From Terriglobia bacterium (GTDB lineage: Bacteria; Acidobacteriota; Terriglobia; Acidiferrales; UBA7541), in assembly GCA_041497605.1 (NCBI GenBank), contig JBGQGW010000001.1, positions 3,110 to 67,109 on the forward strand: a DNA stretch of 64,000 nucleotides. Direction: 5' to 3'. Position 1 is the stretch's first letter; the number at the start of each line of letters is the position of its first letter. A model generated the notes under the pieces. The model ran no database searches. It was not told where the DNA came from and was given only the letters and a program-made list of their open reading frames with translations. A program made the position numbers and the translations under genes. Positions 9,282 to 17,818 of the stretch are shown in pieces.

Positions 9282-9763
9282 ACGAATCGGCAACCACTCG
9301 GAAAAAATTTGTGAGTGGATGCAAGACGCAGTCTAGCACAGGCTCGCAGTCTGAGAAAGTTAACCACGGTTGGTTCATTGAGCGCGGAATGAATGCTGCA
9401 GCTCACGTCCCGGCCAGGCCTGATCGAGGCCATAACGGACGAGAGGACATCCATCGTGCGAGTTCAAAATCCTCAGGCCAGGAGTGACGCACAACGTCAC
9501 GCCGGGACCTGAGCTACAGAGGCTGAATTCCACCGGGTGTTGCTTAGGAACCAAACATCTTGATTTTCATGCAACGTTTTCCCGCGTTGGGGTATCTTAT
9601 CGCCCGGGTAGCATCCTCCACACCCGACCCGCTGCGCCAGCGGACCATCCCACGAAAAGGGATCAACATCCGTGTCTCACGACATGGAACATCTTTTGCC
9701 CGCCAAGGCGGGCAAGGCAACACTTCGTTCGCCCGAGCGGACCAAGACTACAGGGAGGAAGAC

Positions 9764-10450
9764 ATGAAGCGTTCGGTCAGTTTCGTTGCTGCGGTGATGC
9801 TGATCCTCTTGATCACTCCAGCGGTTCACGCACAATCCACACAAGTGATGCAAGGCACGCAAATCAGGCTCGTGCTGCTGAATGGAATGAGCACGAGTGT
9901 GGCACGCGATGGCGATCCGTTCACGGCGCAAGTGGCGGAACCGGTGTTTCTGGGAAATCAATTAATCCTTCCCGCAGGCACCAAGGTCCACGGAGTCGTG
10001 GGGAGCATCGTGCGTCCCAAGCACTTCGCACTTTTCCGCGGGCAGGCCTCGATGAGCCTGCAGTTCAAGTCACTCGAAATCGAGAGCCGGATCATTCCCG
10101 CGCAGATGAGCATTTTGCAGATCTATAACGCCACGGCCGACGGCAACAAACAGCGCAAAGACCTGCACACGGTGGAAGGCGCCGTGGTGGAAGAGAAGCG
10201 GGACATCAAGGGCGTGGTCACCGCCGTGGCAATGGGGGGTGGCGGCGGCACCGTGGTGGGCGCAATCTTCAGCAATGCGATCCGTGGATTGGCGATCGGT
10301 TTGATCGGCGGCACGGCCTATGTTGTCCAGAAGAAGGGCAAGGAAGTCGAATTGCCGGCGCAAACCGGAATACTGGTTCGACTCGATGGAACGGTTTCGG
10401 TGCCAGTCGTGACTGCGCAAGCAGGCGCCTACACGAACGGCGATCGGTAG
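9764..10450 (+). CDS. secreted/membrane hypothetical protein with a C-terminal glycine-zipper segment
   Basis: I re-called the start to the ATG at 9764, which follows GGGAGGAA: MKRSVSFVAAVMLILLITPAVHAQ (signal peptide). The middle region is GTQIRLVLLNGMSTSVARDGDPFTAQVAEPVFLGNQLILPAGTKVHGVV, which loosely resembles a TrbI/VirB10-type beta domain. The C-terminus is AMGGGGGTVVGAIFSNAIRGLAIGLIGG. Confidence 0.6.
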   Translation: MKRSVSFVAAVMLILLITPAVHAQSTQVMQGTQIRLVLLNGMSTSVARDGDPFTAQVAEPVFLGNQLILPAGTKVHGVVGSIVRPKHFALFRGQASMSLQFKSLEIESRIIPAQMSILQIYNATADGNKQRKDLHTVEGAVVEEKRDIKGVVTAVAMGGGGGTVVGAIFSNAIRGLAIGLIGGTAYVVQKKGKEVELPAQTGILVRLDGTVSVPVVTAQAGAYTNGDR

Positions 10451-10624
10451 ATCATTAGTAGAGGAAGAGCAATAAAAACGATAAGGTGGAATTTCCTCGC
10501 CACGCCGACTTCCGGCGCTGGCGAAGGTAGTGTCTCTGTACGTGCGGAGACTGGCCGTGGTTGGGGGGGGAAGCGGCGCGTCATTCGCTCGGGCGATTGG
10601 CGCGCCGCAGGGGGGAAATGCAAG

Positions 10625-11023
10625 TTAGGCCACCGGGGTGGGGTGCCTCCTCGCAGGCGGGAAAGCGGCATACCAAAGATCTTCGGTCTGAACCTTTATT
10701 GCAGCCATCAGCCACCCGTCGGGCGTCGCATCCATCCTGACGAGGTGGAAGAGAAGTGGACGGTCCGGCAGCGTCTCCGCTGAATTTCTGCTGATCAATT
10801 TCACGGCGAGCTCAACGGTTCGATCTGGTTCTGTTCTCAGGTGGAAGCTACAGCCATTCGGGCTGACGTCGGTTGTGACCGTCAGCTCCTTGAAGAATCG
10901 ACCATGACAATCGAAGCCTGAAACTTCGATGGGGAACGACAAGGGAAGCCGCTTTTCGCGACGGCGTTCGAGAATAGCCTCGTTTGCTGCTTCTTCCAGT
11001 TCCGCGATTTCTCTCATTGTCAT
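10625..11023 (-). CDS. PilZ domain protein (canonical c-di-GMP-binding motifs)
   Basis: Starting from the internal ATG (11023 or 11017) the protein reads MTMREIAELEE...RRREKRLPLSFPIEVSGFD...TTDVSPNGCSFHL. Both RxxxR and DxSxxG are present. It lies directly downstream of the NtrC-type regulator. Confidence 0.75.
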   Translation of the reverse strand: MTMREIAELEEAANEAILERRREKRLPLSFPIEVSGFDCHGRFFKELTVTTDVSPNGCSFHLRTEPDRTVELAVKLISRNSAETLPDRPLLFHLVRMDATPDGWLMAAIKVQTEDLWYAAFPPARRHPTPVA

Positions 11024-11176
11024 GTGCTGAGCAGGGAACATGCACTTGTGTCGCCAAGGGGCCGGCAGCGCATCCATTGAATTTGGGGGAGATACCCGTT
11101 GATGCCCCAAAGCAGAATGGCGCGGATGGAAACGCCGTTTGCTTCTGAAACAGCGCTATCGGCCTGCCGCAAGCCA

Positions 11177-12592
11177 TCATGATGCGGATTTGCTAAGAGC
11201 CGCCTGCTGCCCGCGCTTCAGAAATCGATAAAGACTGGTGCGGCCGATCCCCAGAATTTGAGATGCGCGCACACGATTGCCGCTGCACATTTCGAGCACG
11301 CGCTGGATGTGAATGCGGCGAATTTCATCGAGCGGCAAGGGGCGCCAGGCCTCGTCATTGCGCAGGGGCCCGGCGGTGGGGTGCTGCAGATTCTTGGGCA
11401 GGTCGGCGACGTCGATAAACTCGGTGACGGCGGTGATGGCGGCGCTGGAAATTACGTTTTCAAGCTCGCGAACATTTCCCGGCCAATTGTGCTGAAGTAG
11501 GACTGCCTGAGCACGACGAGTGAGACCCTGAAATGATTTGCCATATGCTTCGTTGTATTTTCGCAGGAAGAAGTGCACCAGCACGGGAATATCGTCCAGG
11601 CGCTGGGCCAAGCTGGGAACGCGAATTTCAATGGTGCTAAGGCGGTAGAAAAGATCTTCCCGGAAGCGGCCGGCCAGGACTTCGGCGCGCAGATCGCGGT
11701 TGGTGGCGGCGATGAGGCGAACGTCCACATTTCTTACCTCCGGCGAACCGACGCGCTGAATTTCGCGATTTTGAATTACGCGCAGCAGCTTGGCCTGCAT
11801 GCTGAGCGAGGTTTCTCCCACTTCGTCCAGGAAAACCGTGCCATGATCTGCGTATTCGAATAGACCGGGACGAGTGTCCGTCGCTCCCGTGAACGAGCCA
11901 CGCATGTGACCGAAGAGCTGGCTTTCGAGCAGGGTATCCACCATCGCTGAACAGTTGCAAACCGCGAAGCGGTTTTGCGCCACCGGACTCATCTGGTGGA
12001 GCGCCCGCGCTACCAGCTCCTTGCCCGAGCCCGTGGGGCCGCTGATCAGCGCGTTGGTGTAGTGTTTGGCAATTTTTCGGGTCAGTTCGAAAACTTCCAG
12101 CATGACGGGACTCTTGCCGACGATTCCGTGGAATTCGAGGTTGTTGAGCAACTGCTCTTCAAGTTCGCGAATCTGGCGGCGTTGCGTGAAAAGTTCCGCC
12201 AGCTCATCGAGTGACCTCAACAGGCGTGTGTGATCGAGCGGCTTGCAAAGGTAATCATAGGCGCCGCGTTTGACCGCTTCGATGGCCGAATCGACGGAAT
12301 ACATGCCGGTGACGAGAATCACGTAGACGCCAGGGTCGATTTGCAGTGATTTTTCGAGGAATGCGAACCCGTCGATTCCCGGCATGCGCAGGTCTGCGAG
12401 TGCAACTCGACAAAGCCCTGCGCGGATTTGTTGCAGAGCTTCCGTAGCGTCTGTAGTGCCGATGACCGGGAAGCCGAGTTTCTGAAGTCGAGTCGTAAGC
12501 AGTTCGACGGCGTCGGGTTCGTCGTCGAGCACACAAATGGGGAGGTTTTTGCGGAGCAGGTCTTTAGTTGGAACTTCAGCGATTTGGGCCAT
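11177..12592 (-). CDS. sigma-54-dependent response regulator (NtrC family: REC + AAA+ + Fis-type HTH)
   Basis: 471 aa. REC domain: ICVLDDEPD...ALADLRMPGIDG. Walker A: GPTGSGKE. GAFTGA variant: GSFTGA. Also WPGNVRELEN and a C-terminal HTH SGNRVRASQILGIGRTSLYRFLK. Confidence 0.9.
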   Translation of the reverse strand: MAQIAEVPTKDLLRKNLPICVLDDEPDAVELLTTRLQKLGFPVIGTTDATEALQQIRAGLCRVALADLRMPGIDGFAFLEKSLQIDPGVYVILVTGMYSVDSAIEAVKRGAYDYLCKPLDHTRLLRSLDELAELFTQRRQIRELEEQLLNNLEFHGIVGKSPVMLEVFELTRKIAKHYTNALISGPTGSGKELVARALHQMSPVAQNRFAVCNCSAMVDTLLESQLFGHMRGSFTGATDTRPGLFEYADHGTVFLDEVGETSLSMQAKLLRVIQNREIQRVGSPEVRNVDVRLIAATNRDLRAEVLAGRFREDLFYRLSTIEIRVPSLAQRLDDIPVLVHFFLRKYNEAYGKSFQGLTRRAQAVLLQHNWPGNVRELENVISSAAITAVTEFIDVADLPKNLQHPTAGPLRNDEAWRPLPLDEIRRIHIQRVLEMCSGNRVRASQILGIGRTSLYRFLKRGQQAALSKSAS

Positions 12593-12602
12593 GATTCAAT
12601 TA

Positions 12603-12625
12603 CATGGCACGCCATGTGCCACATG
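12603..12625 (-). promoter_or_regulatory. palindromic TGGCAC-N5-GTGC element (sigma-54-like on both strands) just upstream of the NtrC-type gene
   Basis: The plus strand reads CATGGCACGCCATGTGCCACATG and the minus strand reads CATGTGGCACATGGCGTGCCATG. Each strand shows TGGCAC, a 5-nt gap, then GTGC (GG-N10-GC spacing). The minus-strand -12 element lies only about 13 nt before the ATG at 12592. Confidence 0.35.
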
Positions 12626-12885
12626 CGCCTGTGCGGGTTCGGTCTCGGTGGGTGGATGAAGAGAAATGATTTGAGAGAGTTCGGTTGTTGTTTAAGAGTT
12701 GTAGGGAGAATGAATTAAAGAAGATTTCGTAAATTTGTTGAGCACGGAGGCGCGGAAACGGAATTCGGCGAGATGGAGCGTAGCCTGCGCAGTTCGTGCC
12801 GAACCGGAACTCCAGTTTCAAGAGGGGCCGAGTGCGAAATTCGAAAAGGAACCCCAAGCGTTAGCGAAGCTGGTACGCTGTCACT

Positions 12886-13233
12886 TTAACAGGCCGGACT
12901 TTCTTCGCGAGTTAGAATCGTCGCAGGCACGGAATTCCGCCTCTGGCCGCGGGGATGCAATTGAATCAGAGTGGCCTCCGCTCGATTCTGTTCGTCAGGA
13001 GAGCCGATTGTCTTAACTTGAAAGGCGACCGGCAAATTCCTGTTGGGCGAAAGCGGTTGAGACAAGCGGACGAAGACAATTGTGCCTTCGCGGATTGCAT
13101 TGCGCAGGGCGACTTTCCTTGTTCCTTCCCGGGCCCAATCCAGCGTCGAGCTTTCCACGAAGAAATTTTCTAAATGATCCCATCCGGAGACTTCCACAAG
13201 ATAGCTGGACTGGTCGGCGCTCTTCCAATTCAT
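12886..13233 (-). CDS. small hypothetical protein, PilZ-like beta-barrel lacking the RxxxR motif
   Basis: 115 aa. YLVEVSGWDHLENFFVESSTLDW...IVFVRL...VAFQVKTIG parallels FPIEVSGFDCHGRFFKELTVTTD of the PilZ protein at 10625. No N-terminal RxxxR is present. Confidence 0.5.
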   Translation of the reverse strand: MNWKSADQSSYLVEVSGWDHLENFFVESSTLDWAREGTRKVALRNAIREGTIVFVRLSQPLSPNRNLPVAFQVKTIGSPDEQNRAEATLIQLHPRGQRRNSVPATILTREESPAC

Positions 13234-13434
13234 GGCATTACCTCTAACCTTTTAAATGCAGATGCAATGCCAAAGGGCAAGTGGCCGGGCGCATTCTACG
13301 GCAAGCAGTTAGCAGCAAATTGAAGGAAGTGGAAGACGAAGGGAAGCTCGCAATTCAATACAGATGTGCGGAATTGAATCAACACTTTCCGGTGTTGCAG
13401 TCCTTAGCAAAGGAGGGTTTTCAAAGAGAGGGAA

Positions 13435-14145
13435 TTAGCCGTAATGCGCGCCGGAATAAAGTAGATTCAGCGCGAGCGTGAAAATAATCCCGAACACTTT
13501 ATCGAAGAGAACCCAAGAAACGAGAAGGCCGAGCATGCCAAAGCCCTGTTGAGACGTCCAGCTTAGATATCTCAGGCCCATTTTTTCGCTCATCAGCAGA
13601 GTAATTCCAGTGCGGCCATCGAGCGGCGGCACGGGCAGTAGATTGAACGTTCCCAGAACGAGATTGAGCACGAACAGAATGCTGAGGAAAGTGGCGGCGA
13701 AAGAAGCCCCGCCTGGCGTGACGGCTTCGGTAATGTTCGTGAACGAGAAATTGACTGGTTCGGGATTCTGAAAGATTCCGAATGCCATGCCGAGCCGAAT
13801 TGCCGCGCCCGCCAACAGGAGCAGCGTAAAATTAGCGGCGGGACCCGCCAGGGCCATCCAAGCAGCGCGTCGAGGATAGCGCTGTTGCCAAAGAGGATCA
13901 TAAGGTGCGCTCGCCCATCCGATCATCCAGCCGCCCCAAATATATGAAAGGAGAGGCACAACGATCGTTCCGAATGGCTCTCGCCGCATATGGGGAATGG
14001 GATTTAAACTGGCTTGACCGCCGTGAGATGCAGTGAAGTCTCCCCCCAATTTAGCGGCCAGCGCATGCGCTCCCTCATGGCAGGTTGTGGAAAACAGGAA
14101 AACAATGTACCAAATGGCGCCGATAGCAAGATTGGGAGAGTGCAT
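13435..14145 (-). CDS. site-2 protease family (peptidase M50) membrane metalloprotease
   Basis: 236 aa with multiple TM segments, the HExxH motif in TTCHEGAHALAAKL, and a later NLLPVPPLDG motif. Confidence 0.85.
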   Translation of the reverse strand: MHSPNLAIGAIWYIVFLFSTTCHEGAHALAAKLGGDFTASHGGQASLNPIPHMRREPFGTIVVPLLSYIWGGWMIGWASAPYDPLWQQRYPRRAAWMALAGPAANFTLLLLAGAAIRLGMAFGIFQNPEPVNFSFTNITEAVTPGGASFAATFLSILFVLNLVLGTFNLLPVPPLDGRTGITLLMSEKMGLRYLSWTSQQGFGMLGLLVSWVLFDKVFGIIFTLALNLLYSGAHYG

Positions 14146-14523
14146 GGATGTTTAGACTATATGTTTTTCATTGGCAGGCGCAAGCCTGTGGAAAACGTGG
14201 TAGCAAAAGGTTTCCAAAAGTGAAAATTGCTTGACAAGAGAGATAGCGAGGATTAGTCTCGCCCACCTAGCAACAAGTTGTGTCCAAAACTCGGACATCA
14301 CACCGGAGAAAATGTCGTGCCAGGCCGACGGAAACCACGCCCCGTTCAATCGGTTTCGTCTGACCGCGAGCTTGAGAGCTTGCTGCGCCGAGCGGAGCAG
14401 TACTTCAAGAACCGCCGCATGCAGGTTGTAGCCGCGGAGTCACAACGTAAAAAGAAGCGATCGACCGCCGCGTAGATCGCTCCCCCGAGATCTGAATCGT
14501 TGTATCTGGCAGTTCCCACAGGT

Positions 14524-15183
14524 TTAGTCCTCAGTTGGTATTCCGTAGAGAGTCAACAAAGTCGAGATGTGAGTAGGATTGCTTCCGCGTGCCGCCTGTC
14601 GCTCGGCTCCGCTAAACATCGAGCGCAATGCGCGAATGACCCAGCGGATCAAGATGACGACTGCGGCGAGGAACGCAACAACGATTCCCGCCGCCCAATA
14701 GGGATGCCGCGCCGCAAGCCACAGGAGGAAAACCGCAAAGACGTCTTCACTGAAGCTGAGGGCGATATTCGAGAACGGCTCGGGGGACGGCGTCATTGCA
14801 GCGCGAACGGCCGTCTTGCCCCCGTGAGCAGCCAATGCAACCAGCGCACCGAGCAAGCCGCTGAGCAGTTGCATCGGCGGAGACAGATTGGCCGAAGCCT
14901 GGTAAGCAATCAGAGCCGCAACCGGAATGCGGACAAATGTTTGCAGAGCATTCCACAAGAGATCGAAGACCGGAATCTTGTCGGCGAAGAGTTCGACCAG
15001 AAACAAGGCAACACAGGCCCCAATCACGTACCTATTAAATAGGAGATGCAAGGAAGGCGGCAGGGGCAACAGATTGACGCGCGCCAGTATTCCCAGCGTG
15101 GCCACGGTGGCATAAACATTCAGGCCCGCGGCGAAACTGATAGTCACAAGAAGGGCCAGAAGCGTATCGCTTGAAAACGCCAT
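14524..15183 (-). CDS. DUF4126 family membrane protein
   Basis: 219 aa, polytopic. The N-terminus is MAFSSDTLLALLVTISFAAGLNVYATVATLGILARV...FADKIPVFD, which is typical of DUF4126. Confidence 0.7.
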   Translation of the reverse strand: MAFSSDTLLALLVTISFAAGLNVYATVATLGILARVNLLPLPPSLHLLFNRYVIGACVALFLVELFADKIPVFDLLWNALQTFVRIPVAALIAYQASANLSPPMQLLSGLLGALVALAAHGGKTAVRAAMTPSPEPFSNIALSFSEDVFAVFLLWLAARHPYWAAGIVVAFLAAVVILIRWVIRALRSMFSGAERQAARGSNPTHISTLLTLYGIPTED

Positions 15184-15344
15184 AGTGAACTCAGGATACC
15201 AGCAATATCAGGGGGCGACTTTTGGATTTGATCTTGCGGCAGTTAGGGCGAGACCGCTCAGCATTCGTAGATTCTGGATTTGTAGAACTTGAGTGGAATG
15301 GTGGAGTCAATCTTCATGCGGCTGAGCGCCGTGGAGAGAAGACG

Positions 15345-15419
15345 TGGCTCCCGGGCCTGGACTCGAACCAGGATAACCAGCTCCAAAGGCTGGCGTGCTA
15401 CCGATTGCACTACCCGGGA
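15345..15419 (-). tRNA. tRNA-Gln (anticodon UUG), CCA encoded
   Basis: Minus strand: TCCCGGG TA GTGC AATCGGTA GCAC G CCAGC CTTTGGA GCTGG TTAT CCTGG TTCGAGT CCAGG CCCGGGA G CCA. This folds into a full cloverleaf. The U1:A72 pair plus G73 are classic Gln identity features. Confidence 0.9.
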
Positions 15420-15621
15420 GTTGCTGGATAAAGTTTAGCAGAGTAAGAGCGCAGTTGTCGTGCGGGGGAGAGAAAATGTCTCGTGATTTGCTCAGAACGG
15501 AGACTTCAGGAGCAAGCCTCCTGCCATTTGGACCATACCGCAAAAGAAAACTCGGTGCCGGTAACGCAAATTCGGACGCTTTCCATGACGGTGACCTGTC
15601 TGTGCCCGGATTCGTGGTCGT

Positions 15622-16875
15622 TTAGGGCTTGCGCTCGAGAGCTCCCCTCGGTGTTGACACGAGAGGATCCCATCGCTTCTCTAGATCTTCCCGAGGGCTT
15701 CTTGTCGGTGCTGTGGAAGCCGTCTGGCCGGCCCAGAGGGGGCTCTCGTCACGCGGAAGAGGCAGATCGGAAAGAAAGGCGGGCGCTTGAGGTTCCTCTT
15801 GATCGAGTAAGAAGATCAACTCGCTGGCTTTGTCGTCCCATTCAACGGAAATGGTGTCGAAGGTAGCGATCTGGCCGGTGGACAGGAGACTGGCCAGAGG
15901 GAAGACCAAATATCGTTCGATCGAACGTTTCAGATGTCGCGCGCCATATTTCAGGTCGGTGCCTTCGCGGAGCAGGAATTGGCGCGCTTCCGGCGCTACC
16001 CGGAACGTAAAACGTCGCCGGGAAGTCTCGAGAATTCTCCGCTGAACAATGGCGAGCTCGATGTCCAGAATTTTTTCCAGTTCCAGGTCGCGCAACGGGT
16101 GGAAAACAATGAGCTTGTCGATCCGATTCATAAACTCAGGCGCGAAGTTTCGCTTGGCCGCTTCGACTGCCATGCCCTGCACTTTTTGATCCATTCGCTC
16201 ATTCGTTTGCAGCGCGGGTGTAAATCCCAGGCTCTGGCCGGAGACCAACTCCGTAATATCCGAGCCACCCAAGTTCGAAGTCATGAAGATCATGGATTGC
16301 GACAAGTCCACGCGCCGGTTATCGCCGAGCGTCAGCGTGGCCTTGTCGAGAATTCCCAGCAAGAGCTGCCAAAGGGCGTCGCTGGCCTTTTCGATTTCGT
16401 CGAATAGCAGGAAGCTAAGCTTCATACTTTCGGTGTGATAGGCGGAGAGCGCTTCCTGAGTGATCACGGGATGCGTTTCGCGATGCCCGAGATAACCTGG
16501 AGGCGAACCAACCAGCTTCGAAATTTCGTGCGAGTGCTGGAATTCCGCGCAGTCCACTTTGATTACGGCGCGCGGGTCGCCGAACAGGATTTCGGCTGCA
16601 GCTTCGACCACGCGTGTCTTGCCGGCTCCCGTCGGTCCCAGGAAGAGCAAATTTCCGACCGGCCGGCCTGGCGAATTCAGCCCGGAGCGGAACACCTGAA
16701 AGAGGTCTAAGACGGCTTGCACTGCTTCGCTCTGGCCAACGATCCTGCAATGCAGGGCTGACTCCAGGAATTGCGTCTCAGGGCTCCGCAATAACGGGTT
16801 CAATCTGAGAACTGACTTCCGCATCGAGATCTCCCAGGCCGCCGGGACTCTTCTCATCCCTGGGCTTACCCTCAA
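15622..16875 (-). CDS. stand-alone AAA+ ATPase related to the second nucleotide-binding domain (D2) of ClpA/ClpB/ClpC
   Basis: 417 aa: IVGQSEAVQAV...GRPVGNLLFLGPTGAGKTRVVEAAA...VDCAEFQHSHEISKLVGSPPGYLGH...LLFDEIEKA...MTSNLG...EFMNRIDKLIVFHPL...YGARHLKRSIE. There is no N-domain, no D1 and no middle domain. The start may instead be the ATG at 16824. Confidence 0.8.
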   Translation of the reverse strand: MRVSPGMRRVPAAWEISMRKSVLRLNPLLRSPETQFLESALHCRIVGQSEAVQAVLDLFQVFRSGLNSPGRPVGNLLFLGPTGAGKTRVVEAAAEILFGDPRAVIKVDCAEFQHSHEISKLVGSPPGYLGHRETHPVITQEALSAYHTESMKLSFLLFDEIEKASDALWQLLLGILDKATLTLGDNRRVDLSQSMIFMTSNLGGSDITELVSGQSLGFTPALQTNERMDQKVQGMAVEAAKRNFAPEFMNRIDKLIVFHPLRDLELEKILDIELAIVQRRILETSRRRFTFRVAPEARQFLLREGTDLKYGARHLKRSIERYLVFPLASLLSTGQIATFDTISVEWDDKASELIFLLDQEEPQAPAFLSDLPLPRDESPLWAGQTASTAPTRSPREDLEKRWDPLVSTPRGALERKP

Positions 16876-17039
16876 TCGGAGGAAACAGGCTGCCGGAATA
16901 CATCCGTCTTCCTCACAACAATCACTTCGGCAGAAGAAGACAAACCTTGAAGGAGACGGCAGAATGAGCAGATTTGATTACCGGCGGAGCAATGGAGACT
17001 GAATGAAGCAAAGTACAGAGCTTTGATACGAGGATGGGG

Positions 17040-17282
17040 TTACTTAGAGCCGAGGAGAGAGATCTGTTCGACCAGCCGGGCAACATTCCGAGTTCCGGAG
17101 TATACGTCGTTTGCCAGGTTTCGCCAGGGATGATCTGAAGGCATCTGGTCGAGCAACTTCTCGCTGGCACTGAAGAGCATAACCAGGGCATTGTTCACGT
17201 CGTGCGCGATACTTACGGCCCGCACCAAAAGAACGGCGGGATCAGGCTGCGAGTCTGCTTGCTTTTGAGGGCCGGCTGCCAT
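17040..17282 (-). CDS. small protein consisting only of a histidine-kinase DHp (HisKA-like) domain
   Basis: The ATG at 17282 is preceded by GGAG (aatGGAGtgagaATG). The 80-aa product is MAAGPQKQ...LLVRAVSIAHDVNNALVMLFSASEKLLDQMPSD...NVARLVEQISLLGSK. It has the H-box AHDxNNxL, and no ATPase domain follows. Confidence 0.5.
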   Translation of the reverse strand: MAAGPQKQADSQPDPAVLLVRAVSIAHDVNNALVMLFSASEKLLDQMPSDHPWRNLANDVYSGTRNVARLVEQISLLGSK

Positions 17283-17818
17283 TCTCACTCCATTCTCAAT
17301 TTGATCGTTCTTCTGAAGCTTGATCTGGACGTCTGCTCGGAGGTTTATCTGAACGTTTGTCCGAGAAACCTAAACCTCGGTGATCTTGAAGTTTCGTTCG
17401 GACAAATGATCCTCGATGGAACTGGATAATACCGGCCGCAAACTACAAGTCAGTCGAGTTTCAGACTACGTGCGGGAGCGAATTGAGGGCCATTCTTGGA
17501 ATTTAATGTTCTTTGGGAATCAAGGAGATAGAACCGCGACCGCCGCCCTCATGACGCCAAGTTGAGACGCAATTCCAAAACGAGTCGAGTTAGAGGGTGT
17601 CCTCAAAACGTGCTGTACTTCAATGGATGTTCTCATGGTCCTCTGACATTGACACGCTGCTAATCGCAGCAGCAAGGGTTGGGCCGGAACAGGTGCTGAA
17701 ATGAAAAATCAGCAAGCGAATCCCAAGATGGCCTATTGACAATTTTCTATTAAAGACTAAATTCAGGCTAGCCCTTCCAAGTGCTGTTCCCAATTTTTCT
17801 CTCTGGGTGTCCTCAACA

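Noticed and set aside
14146-14523. Small plus-strand ORFs (14231..14431, 14278..14475) and a TTGACA-N17-TAGTCT promoter-like element between the M50 protease and DUF4126 genes.
   Set aside because: The translations are R/S/C-rich and not protein-like, the SD and spacing are poor, and the -10 box matches only 3 of 6 positions. The region is more likely the upstream control region of the minus-strand protease gene.
15200-17800. Possible genomic island integrated at tRNA-Gln. The evidence considered was the tRNA next to odd genes (the orphan Clp-D2 ATPase and the DHp mini-ORF) and an AT-richer stretch.
   Set aside because: I see no integrase, no transposase and no direct repeat of the tRNA 3' end. 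The odd genes lie on the 5' side of the tRNA, not the 3' side where islands normally insert.
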